From NCBI GenBank assembly GCA_040954595.2, contig CM082585.2, positions 448,814 to 512,813 on the forward strand: a stretch of 64,000 nt of DNA, read 5' to 3'. This DNA is from Balanoglossus misakiensis (Eukaryota; Animalia; Hemichordata). Under the pieces are notes generated by a model. It did no database searches. It was not told the DNA's origin and saw only the letters and a list, made by a program, of their open reading frames with translations. Made by a program: the position numbers and the translations under genes. This document shows, piece after piece, positions 52,339-64,000 of the stretch; the first letter of the stretch is position 1, and each line of letters starts with the position of its first letter.

Positions 52339-52879
52339 AGAGAGGTTTAGTTACACTTACACGTAAATATGCGTACGTCTGATGGCAGCAGTGGCATTCG
52401 CATAGGTGTTTTGCAGTTTAGTTGTCCGTTTTGAGTATTAATAGAAAATTCAAATTTTTTTCACTTAAAATTTTGTGTGTTATGAATATTCTCTAAGATC
52501 ACCACCCTTGCAATAGGTTTCTTGACTGCAGTGGAAATATACTTTAGTAAAGTTTTCCGATGTCTTAATCGAGGCGTCCACTGAAAACTTATCATGGGAA
52601 TAAATTTTGTGTTCATGTTTTTAAAACGCCAAATACTGCCGGTTTTAGCACATATGGCAGAAATCTTTCAGATTACATGGATGCTGGCTACATCACAATT
52701 GCACTTTCAGAGATCAATCCCTCAAATTAGAGAGAGAATATCGAAAAATCATGATTACGCGTAGAAGCGTCGCTTGCCGTACCGAACGTCTGCTCTACGC
52801 ATACGCAATGTATCTTTATCACATGACAACGACGCTACACGTGCTGATCGAACGTATTTACGTGTAACTAAACCTCTCT
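52339..52879. mobile_element. MITE with AGAGAGGTTTAGTTACAC TIRs (PHIS-type, ANT flanks)
   Basis: aat|AGAGAGGTTTAGTTACAC ... GTGTAACTAAACCTCTCT|act. Confidence 0.7.
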
Positions 52880-53139
52880 ACTGTTATTCACAAAATACTG
52901 GGATTCATGTCCTAGTACATCGTATGCTTCGGTATTGTCCTCCAGTGGCACGTCTCGGACAATGTTATAGTTAAACCCAGGTAGCCATATGATGTCAGGC
53001 AAATGGTCTCCTGCCCTCTAACCTCTTACCTGGAGTGGAGTGGAGTGGAGTGCCATTGGTAAAACATATTTATATTTTTGTGTGTTGACGTACCTAGATT
53101 GTGTGAGTGAGGATGCATCTGTCAGATGACACCAGCTAA

Positions 53140-54290
53140 GGGACCGTTCAGTTTTTACGGCCGGGGGGGGGGGGCGGCAAAATCCAGGGGGGGGGGGTCA
53201 CTTAAATTTTGAAGTCCACAAGGGGGGGTCATCTGGATTTTTTCAACGTTTAGGGGGGGGGGTCACATACTTTTGCCACCGAACTTTTGCTTTTGAGTCC
53301 ACAAAATTGCAGTTTCGCACCCTTTATTTTACAAAATTTTCTAATGTGGGAGGGGGACACCCACCCCCTTCATTCTCCGCCACATTTCATTTTTTGCTGG
53401 TTTGTCTAGTGTACCAGGGCAGAGTGCTTGCCACCCCAACCCCACCGATGATAATATTTAACAAAGTGAATACATAAAGGAGAATAATTGTTTAAACCAT
53501 TTTGCATAACTGATAGTTTCGCGCTGCATCTTCTATATACTAGAAGTTTTATAAATGATGTCATGACAAGATGACGCCAAATCTTCTAACTTTGAGTGGA
53601 GTGGCAAAAAGTAAAATCCTCCCAAACATTGAGATAATTTGCTTTTGAGTTCATTAAAATGCAACTTTGCGCTACATATATTACAAAATTTTCTTATGTG
53701 GGAGGGGGACACCCCCTCCCACACCCACCCCTCCATTCAAGGCCACATTGCATTTATTCACTGGTTTGTCTAGTGTACCAGGGAAGACTTCTTGCCACCC
53801 CACCTCGATGCTTACTTTGAGTGGAGTGGCAAAATTAAAATTTGTCCTCCCTAACATTGAGTTAATTTGCTTTTGAGTTCATTAAATTGCAACTTTGAGC
53901 ACCGTATTTTACAAAATTTTCTTACGCCCACCCCTACCACTTTTCTTGTTTTACCGATTCCAGCAACTATTGTATTGACTTGTCATTTTCTTTTGTCTAT
54001 AGATTTCTTTATTGCAACGATATACTATTATATACTTCAATAATACTTTAAGAAATATATAATTGAGGTGTGAGGAGCCTCATTCCCTTTATTGCATACA
54101 GTGTACATAGGATCAGAACAGCGAATATTTTGGGCGTGGGGGGGGGGGTTCATCATATTTTTGGGTCTGTCAAAGGGGGGGTCATCATTTTTTGGTCCTG
54201 GGTGAAGGGGGGGGGGGGGTTGGCCTGATATTGAGAACCGATGACTCAAACTTGCCACCCCCCCCCCTGCCGTAAAAACTGAACGGTCCC
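53140..54290. mobile_element. PIF/Harbinger-type MITE at the satellite boundary
   Basis: TIR GGGACCGTTCAGTTTTTACGGC; TAA on both sides. Confidence 0.9.
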
Positions 54291-57200
54291 TAAATGGTAT
54301 TCAAAGAAAGGTCACGTAACAGAATATGTATAGTTTCAAGGCTTTTTTTTCGAATAACGAATTCACTACAAGATTTAAGTGGAACAGTCACAGAATGAAA
54401 ACAAATATGGAAAGAGTTATGCTGAGATGTTGTAAGGGATAGATTAATATTACAAATAATGTAATTTGTTACATCATAAATGGTATTCAAAGAAAGGTCA
54501 CGTAACAGGATATGTATAGTTTCAAGGCTTTGTTTTGGAATAACGAATTCTCTACAAGATTTAAGTGGAGCAGTCACACAGAATGAAAACAAATATGGAA
54601 AGAGTTATGCTGGAATGTTGTAAGGGATAGATTAATATTGCAAATAATGTAATTTCTTACATCATAAATGGTATTCAAAGAAAGGTCACATAGGAGGATA
54701 TGTATAGTTTCAAGGCTTTGTTTTGGAATAACGAATTCTCTACAAGATTTAAGTGGAACAGTCACAGAATGAAAACAAATATGGAAAGAGTTATGCCGGA
54801 ATGTTGTAAGGGATAGATTAATATTGCAAATAATTTAATTTCTTACATCATAAATGGAATTAAAAGAATGGTCACATAACGGGCCATGTTTTACTAAAAA
54901 ACTTCTGTACAGTTTCAAGGGTTTGTGTTGAAATACCAAATTCTCTCCAAGATTTAAGTGGAACAGTTACAGAATGAAAACAAATATTGAAATAGTTATG
55001 CTGGAATGTTGTAAGGGATAGATTAATATTGCAAAAAAATTAATTTCTTACATCATAAATAGAATTCAAAGAATGGTCACATAACAGGCCATGCTTTACT
55101 AAAAAGACTTATGTATAGTTTCAGGGGTTTGTGTTGAAATACCGAATTCTCTCCAAGATTTAAGTGGAACAGTCACAGAATTAAAACAAATATGGAAAGA
55201 GTTATGCTGGAATGTTGTAAGGGATAGATTAATATTGCAAAGAATTTAATTTCTTACATCATAAATGGAATTCAAAGAAAGGTCACGTAACAGGATATGT
55301 ATAGTTACAAGGCTTTGTGTTGAAATACCAAATTCTTTCCAAGATTTAAGTGGAACAGTCACAGAATGAAAACAAATATGGAAAGAGTTATGCTGAGATG
55401 TTGTAAGGGATAGATTAATATTACAAAAAAATTAATTTCTTACATCATAAATAGAATTCAAAGAATGGTCACATAACAGGCCATGCTTTACTAAAAAGAC
55501 TTATGTATAGTTTCAGGGGTTTGTGTTGAAATACCGAATTCTCTCCAAGATTTAAGTGGAACAGTCACAGAATTAAAACAAATATGGAAAGAGTTATGCT
55601 GAGATGTTGTAAGGGATAGATTAATATTGCAAATAATGTAATTTGTTACATCATAAATGGTATTCAAAGAAAGGTCACGTAACAGGATATGTATAGTTTC
55701 AAGGCTTTGTTTTGGAATAACGAATTCTCTACAAGATTTAAGTGGAGCAGTCACACAGAATGAAAACAAATATGGAAAGAGTTATGCTGGAATGTTGCAA
55801 GGGATAGATTAATATTGCAAATAATGTAATTTCTTACATCATAAATGGTATTCAAAGAAAGGTCACATAGGAGGATATGTATAGTTTCAAGGCTTTGTTT
55901 TGGAATAACGAATTCTCTACAAGATTTAAGTGGAACAGTCACAGAATGAAAACAAATATGGAAAGAGTTATGCTGGAATGTTGTATGGGATAGATTAATA
56001 TTGCAAATAATGTAATTTCTTACATCATAAATGGTATTCAAAGAAAGGTCACGTAACAGGATATGTATAGTTTCAAGGCTTTGTGTTGAAATACCAAATT
56101 CTTTCCAAGATTTAAGTGGAACAGTCACAAAATGAAAACAAATATGGAAAGAGTTATGCTGAGATGTTGTAAGGGATAGATTAATATTGCAAATAATGTA
56201 ATTTGTTACATCATAAATGGTATTCAAAGAAAGGTCACGTAACAGGATATGTATAGTTTCAAGGCTTTGTTTTGGAATAACGAATTCACTACAAGAATTA
56301 AGTGCAACAGTCACAAAATGAAAACAAATATGGAAAGAGTTTTGCTGGAATGTTGTAAGGGATAGATTAATATTGCAAATAATGTAATTTCTTACATCAT
56401 AAATGGTATTCAAAGAAAGGTCACATAACAGGATATGTATAGTTTCAAGGCTTTGTTTTGGAATAACGAATTCTCTACAAGATTTAAGTGGAACAGTCAC
56501 AGAATGAAAACAAATATGGAAAGAGTTATGCTGGAATGTTGTATGGGATAGATTAATATTGCAAATAATGTAATTTCTTACATCATAAATGGTATTCAAA
56601 GAAAGGTCACGTAACAGGATATGAAAACAAATGTGGAAAGAGTTATGCTGAGATGTTGTAAGGGATAGATTAATATTGCAAATAATGTAATTTGTTACAT
56701 CATAAATGGTATTCAAAGAAAGGTCACGTAACAGGATATGTATAGTTTCAAGGCTTTGTTTTGGAATAACGAATTCACTACAAGAATTAAGTGCAACAGT
56801 CACAAAATGAAAACAAATATGGAAAGAGTTTTGCTGGAATGTTGTAAGGGATAGATTAATATTGCAAATAATGTAATTTCTTACATCATAAATGGTATTC
56901 AAAGAAAGGTCACATAACAGGATATGTATAGTTTCAAGGCTTTGTTTTGGAATAACGAATTCTCTACAAGATTTAAGTGGAACAGTCACAGAATGAAAAC
57001 AAATATGGAAAGAGTTATGCCGGAATGTTGTAAGGGATAGATTAATATTGTAAATAATTTAATTTCTTACATCATAAATGGAATTCAAAGAATGGTCACA
57101 TAACGGGCCATGTTTTACTAAAAAACTTCTGTATAGTTTCAAGGGTTTGTGTTGAAATTCCGAATTCTCTCCAAGATTTAAGTGGAACAGTTACAGAATG

Positions 57201-60200
57201 AAAACAAATATTGAAATAGTTATGCTGGAATGTTGTAAGGGATAGATCAATATTGCAAAAAAATAAATTTCTTACATCATAAATAGAATTCAAAGAATGG
57301 TCACATAACAGGCCATGCTTTACTAAAAAGACTTATGTATAGTTTCAAGGGTTTGTGTTGAAATACCGAATTCTCTCCAAGATTTAAGTGGAACAGTCAC
57401 AGAATTAAAACAAATATGGAAAGAGTTATGCTAGAATGTTGTAAGGGATAGATTAATGTTGCAAAGAATTTAATTTCTGACATCATAAATGGAATTCAAA
57501 GAAAGGTCACGTAACAGGATATGTATAGTTTCAAGGCTTTGTGTTGAAATACCAAATTCTTTCCAAGATTTAAGTGGAACAGTCACAAAATGAAAACAAA
57601 TATGGAAAGAGTTATGCTGAGATGTTGTAAGGGATGAATTAATATTGCAATAATGTAATTTGTTACATCATAAATGGTATTCAAAGAAAGGTCACATAAC
57701 AGGATATGTATAGTTTCAAGGCTTTGTTTTGGAATAACGAATTCTCTACAAGATTTAAGTGGAACAGTCACAGAATGAAAACAAATATGGAAAGAGTTAT
57801 GCTGGAATTTTGTATGGGATAGATTAATATTGCAAATAATGTAATTTCTTACATCATAAATGGTATTCAAAGAAAGGTCACATAACAGGATATGTATAGT
57901 TTCAAGGCTTTGTTTTGGAATAACGAATTTCTACAAGATTTAAGTGGAACAGTCACAGAATGAAAACAAATATGGAAAGAGTTATGCTGGAATGTTGTAT
58001 GGGATAGATTAATATTGCAAATAATGTATTTTCTTACATCATAAATGGTATTCAAAGAAAGGTCACGTAACAGGATATGAAATCAAATATGGAAAGAGTT
58101 ATGCTGAGAAGTTGTAAGGGATAGATTAATATTGCAAATAATGTAATTTGTTACATCATAAATGGTATTCAAAGAAAGGTCTCGTAACAGGATATGTATA
58201 GTTTCAAGGCTTTGTTTTGGAATAACGAATTCACTACAAGAATTAAGTGCAACAGTCACAAAATGAAAACAAATATGGAAAGAGTTATGCCGGAATGTTG
58301 TAAGGAATAGATTAATATTGCAAATAATGTAATTTCTTACATCATAAATGGTATTCAAAGAAAGGTCACATAACAGGATATGTATATTTTCAAGGCTTTG
58401 TTTTGGAATAACGAATACTCTACAAGATTTAAGTAGAACAGTCACAGAATGAAAACAAATATGGAAAGAGTTATGCTGGAATGTTGTAAGGAATAGATTA
58501 ATATTGCAAATAATTTAATTTCTTACATCATAAATGGAATTCAAAGAAAGGTCACGTAACAGGATATGTATAGTTTCAAGCCTTTGTTTTGGAGTAACGA
58601 ATTCTTTACAAGATTTAAGTGGAACAGTCACAGAATGAAAACAAATATGGAAAGAGTTATGCTGAAATGTTGTAAGGGATAGAATAATATTGCATAAAAT
58701 TTAATTTCTTACATCATAAATGGAATTCAAAGAATGGTCACATAACTGGATATGTTTTACTAAAAAGACTTATGTATAGGTTCAAGAATTTGTGTTGAAA
58801 TACCAAATTCTCTACAAGATTTAAGTGGAACAGTCACAGAATGAAAACAAATATGGAAAGAGTTATGTCGGAATGTTGTAAGGGATAGATTAATATTGCA
58901 AATAATTTAATTTCTTACATCATAAATGAAATTCAAAGAATGGTCACATAACGGGCCATGTTTTACTAAAAAGACTTATGTATAGTTTCAAGGCTTTGTT
59001 TTGGAATAACGAATTCTCTCCAAGATTTAGGTTGAACAGTTACAGAATGAAAACAAACATGGAAAGAGTTATGCTGGAATGTTGTAAGGGATAGTTTAAT
59101 ATTGCAAATAATTTAATTTCTCACATCATAAATGAAATTCAAAGAATGGTAAAATAACGGGCCATGTTTTACTAAAAAGACTTAATATGTATAGTTTGAA
59201 GGCTTTGTTTTGGAATAACGAATTCTCTACAAGATTTAAGTGGAATAGTCACAGAATGAAAACAAATATGGAAAGAGTTATGCTGGAATGTTGTAAGGGA
59301 TAGATTAATATTGCAAATAATTTAATTTCTTACATCATAAATGGAATTCAAAGAATGGTCACATAACGGGCCATGTTTTACTAAAAAGACTTATGTATAG
59401 TTTCAAGGCTTTGTTTTGGAATAACAAATTCTCTCCAAGATTTAAGTTGAACAGTTACAGAATGAAAACAAATATGGAAAGAGTTATGCCGGAATGTTGT
59501 AAGGGATAGATTAATATTGCAAATAATTTAATTTCTTACATCATAAATGGAATTCAAACAAAACATCACGTAACACGATATGTATAGTTTCAAGGCTTTG
59601 TTTTGGAATAACGAATTCTCTACAAGATTTAAGTGGAACAGTCACAGAATGAAAACAAATATGTAAAGAGTTATGCCGGAATGTTGTAAGGAATAGATTA
59701 ATATTGCAAATAATTTAATTTCTTACATCATAAATGGAATTCAAAGACAGGTCACGTAACAGGATATGTATAGTTTCAAGCCTTTGTTTTGGAGTAACGA
59801 ATTCTCTACAAGATTTAAGTGGAACAGTCACAGAATGAAAACAAATATGGAAAGAGTTACGTCGGAATGTTGTAAGGGACAGATTAATATTGCAAATAAT
59901 TTAATTTCTTACATCATAAATGGAATTCAAAGAATGGTCACATAACGGGCCATGTTTTACTATAAAGACTTATGTATAGTTTCAAGGCTTTGTTTTGGAA
60001 TAACGAATTCTCTACAAGATTTAAGTGGAATAGTCACAGAATGAAAACAAATATGGAAAGAGTTATGCTGGAATGTTGTAAGGGATAGATTAATATTGCA
60101 AATAATTTAATTTCTTACATCATAAAATGAATTCAAAGAATGGTCACATAACGGGCCATGTTTTACTAAAAGACTTAAGTTATAGTTTCAAGGCTTTGTT

Positions 60201-63200
60201 TTGGAATAACGAATTCTCTACAAGATTTAAGTGGAACAGTCACAGAATGAAAACAAATATGGAAAGAGTTATGCTGGAATGTTGTATGGGATAGATTAAT
60301 ATTGCAAATAATGTAATTTCTTACATCATAAATGGTATTCAAAGAAAGGTCACGTAACAGGATATGAAATCAAATATGGAAAGAGTTATGCTGAGATGTT
60401 GTAAGGGATAGATTAATATTGCAAATAATGTAATTTGTTACATCATAAATGGTATTCAAAGAAAGGTCACGTAACAGGATATGTATAGTTTCAAGGCTTT
60501 GTTTTGGAATAACGAATTCACTACAAGAATTAAGTGCAACAGTCACAAAATGAAAACAAATATGGAAAGAGTTTTGCTGGAATGTTGTAAGGGATATATT
60601 AATATTGCAAATAATGTAATTTCTTACATCATAAATGGTATTCAAAGAAAGGTCACATAACAGGATATGTATATTTTCAAGGCTTTGTTTTGGAATAACG
60701 AATTCTCTACAAGATTTAAGTGGAACAGTCACAGAATGAAAACAAATATGGAAAGAGTTATGCCGGAATGTTGTAAGGGATAGATTAATATTGCAAATAA
60801 TTTAATTTCTTACATCATAAATGGAATTCAAAGAATGGTCACATAACGGGCCATGTTTTACTAAAAAACTTCTGTATAGTTTCAAGGGTTTGTGTTGAAA
60901 TTCCGAATTCTCTCCAAGATTTAAGTGGAACAGTTACAGAATGAAAACAAATATTGAAATAGTTATGCTGGAATGTTGTAAGGGATAGATTAATATTGCA
61001 AAAAAATAAATTTCTTACATCATAAATGGAATTCAAACAAACGTCACGTAACAGGATATGTATATTTTCAAGGCTTTGTTTTGGAATAACGAATACTCTA
61101 CAAGATTTAAGTAGAACAGTCACAGAATGAAAACAAGTATGGAAAGAGTTATGCTGGAATGTTGTAAGGGATAGATTAATATTGCAAAAAATTTAATTTC
61201 CTACACCATAAATGGAATTCAAAGAAAGGTCACGTAACAGGATATGTATAGTTTCAAGCCTTTGTTTTGGAATAACGAATTCTCTACAAGATTTAAGTGG
61301 AACAGTCACAGAATGAAAACAAATATGGAAAGAGTTATGTCAGAATGTTGTAAGGGATAGATTAATATTGCAAATAATTTAATTTTTTACATCATAAATG
61401 GAATTCAAAGAATGGTCACATAACGGGCCATGTTTTACTAAAAAGACTTATGTATAGTTTCAAGGCTTTGTTTTGGAATAACGAATTCTCTCCAAGATTT
61501 AAGTTGAACAGTTACAGAATGAAAACAAATATGGAAAGAGTTATGCTGGAATGTTGTAAGGGATAGATTAATATTGCAAATAATTTAATTTCTTACATCA
61601 TAAAATGAATTCAAAGAATGGTCACATAACAGGATGTGTTTTACTAAAAAGACTTATGTTATAGTTTCAAGGCTTTGTTTTGGAATAACGAATTCTCTAC
61701 AAGATTTAAGTGGAACAGTCACACAATGAAAACAAATATGGAAAGAGTTATGCCGGAATGTTGTAAGGAATAGATTAATATTGCAAATAATTTAATTTCT
61801 TACATCATAAATGGAATTTAAACAAATGTCACGTAATAGGATATGTATAGTTTCAAGGCTTTGTTTTGGAATAACGAATACTCTACAAGATTTAAGTAGA
61901 ACAGTCACAGAATGAAAACAAATTAAAAAGAGTTATGCTGGAATGTTGTAAGGGATAGATTAATATTGCAAAAAATTTAATTTCTTACACCATAAATGGA
62001 ATTCAAAGAAAGGTCACGTAACAGAATATGTATAGTTTCAAGCCTTTGTTTTGGAATAACGAATTCTCTACAAGATTTAAGTGGAACAGTCACAGAATGA
62101 AAACAAATATGGAAAGAGTTATGTCGGAATGTTGTAAGGGATAGATTAATATTGCAAATAATTTAATTTCTTACAGCATAAATGAAATTCAAAGAATGGT
62201 CACATAACGGGCCATGTTTTACTAAAAAGACTTATGTATAGTTTCAAGGCTTTGTTTGGAATAACGAATTCTCTCCAAGATTTAAGTTGAACAGTTACAG
62301 AATGAAAACAAATATTCAAATAGTTATGCTGGAATGTTGTAAGGGATAGTTTAATATTGCAAATAATTTAATTTCTTACATCATAAATGAAATTCAAAGA
62401 ATGGTCAAATAACGGGCCATGTTTTACTAAAAAGACTTAATATGTATAGTTTGAAGGCTTTGTTTTGGAATAACGAATTCTCTACAAGATTTAAGTGGAA
62501 CAGGCACAGAATGAAAACAAATATGGAAAGCATTATGCCGGAATGTTGTAAGGGATAGATAATTATTGCAAATAATTTAATTTCTTACATCATAAATGGA
62601 AACCAAAGAATGGTCACATAACGGGCCATGTTTTACAAAAAGACTTATGTATAGTTTCAAGGCTTTGTTTTGGAATAACAAATTCTCTACAAGATTTAAG
62701 TGGAACAGTCACAGAATGAAAACAAATATGGAAAGAGTTATGCTGGAATGTTGTAAGGGATAGATTAATATTGCAAATAATTTAATTTCTTACATCAAAA
62801 AATGAATATTCAAAGAATGGTCACATAACAGGATATGTTTTACGAAAAAGACTTATGTTATAGTTTCAAGGCTTTGTTTTGGAATAACGAATTCTCTACA
62901 AGATTTAAGTGGAACAGTCACACAATGAAAACAAATATGGAAAGAGTTATGCCGGAATGTTGTAAGGAATAGATTAATATTGCAAATAATTTAATTACTT
63001 ACATCATAAATGGAATTTAAACAAATGTCACGTAATAGGATATGTATAGTTTCAAGGCTTTGTTTTGGAATAACGAATACTCTACAAGATTTAAGTAGAA
63101 CAGTCACAGAATGAAAACAAATTAAAAAGAGTTATGCTGGAATGTTGTAAGGGATAGATTAATATTGCAAAAAATTTAATTTCTTACACCATAAATGGAA

Positions 63201-64000
63201 TTCAAAGAAAGGTCACGTAACAGAATATGTATAGTTTCAAGCCTTTGTTTTGGAATAACAAATTCTCTACAAGATTTAAGTGGAACAGTCACAGAATGAA
63301 AACAAATATGGAAAGAGTTATGTCGGAATGTTGTAAGGGATAGATTAATATTGCAAATAATTTAATTTCTTACAGCATAAATGAAATTCAAAGAATGGTC
63401 ACATAACGGGCCATGTTTTACTAAAAAGACTTATGTATAGTTTCAAGGCTTTGTTTGGAATAACGAATTCTCTCCAAGATTTAAGTTGAACAGTTACAGA
63501 ATGAAAACAAATATTCAAATAGTTATGCTGGAATGTTGTAAGGGATAGTTTAATATTGCAAATAATTTAATTTCTTACATCATAAATGAAATTCAAAGAA
63601 TGGTCAAATAACGGGCCATGTTTTACTAAAAAGACTTAATATGTATAGTTTGAAGGCTTTGTTTTGGAATAACGAATTCTCTACAAGATTTAAGTGGAAC
63701 AGGCACAGAATGAAAACAAATATGGAAAGCATTATGCCGGAATGTTGTAAGGGATAGATAATTATTGCAAATAATTTAATTTCTTACATCATAAATGGAA
63801 ACCAAAGAATGGTCACATAACGGGCCATGTTTTACAAAAAGACTTATGTATAGTTTCAAGGCTTTGTTTTGGAATAACAAATTCTCTACAAGATTTAAGT
63901 GGAACAGTCACAGAATGAAAACAAATATGGAAAGAGTTATGCTGGAATGTTGTAAGGGATAGATTAATATTGCAAATAATTTAATTTCTTACATCAAAAA
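54291..64000. repeat. Satellite array of 186-bp and ~205-bp monomers with higher-order structure; runs off window
   Basis: taaat(g/a)g anchors at 54291, 54477, 54665, 54851, 55056; long monomers carry a ~19-bp ttttactaaaaagactta insert; 1199-bp HOR at the right end. Confidence 0.98.

Noticed and set aside
55751-56989. 412-aa ORF and similar ORFs in the satellite
   Set aside because: A stop-free frame of a 186-bp (62-codon) monomer; broken by the 205-bp monomers; no protein-like features.

Overview
Repeat-rich, AT-rich eukaryotic (animal, probably marine invertebrate) DNA with no intact host gene recognisable. Positions 1-45029 form a giant palindrome. The left arm (1-21266, running off the window edge) is the near-identical reverse complement of the right arm (23154-45029), around a 1.9-kb spacer of 187-bp tandem repeats. 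Both arms end at the spacer exactly on the CTA terminus of a TAG...CTA long-TIR (Academ-like) transposon whose 129-bp subterminal repeats carry CTCF-like motifs. Each arm holds a nested, decayed set of elements: a PIF1-family helicase gene split by an antisense CR1/L2 LINE, itself split by the Academ-like element (TTT TSD) with the distal half inverted; a Crypton/DUF3504 tyrosine-recombinase remnant with hairpin ends; RTE-X-like LINE fragments; and several MITEs. Arm-specific insertions and deletions, including a retro-insertion with a 14-bp TSD, argue that the palindrome is genomic rather than a read artefact. 45030-54290 holds older diverged copies of arm sequence plus more TEs. 54291-64000 is a 186/~205-bp satellite array with a 1199-bp higher-order repeat. 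All alignments and translations were done by eye; family names come from recalled motif and TSD rules, not database searches.
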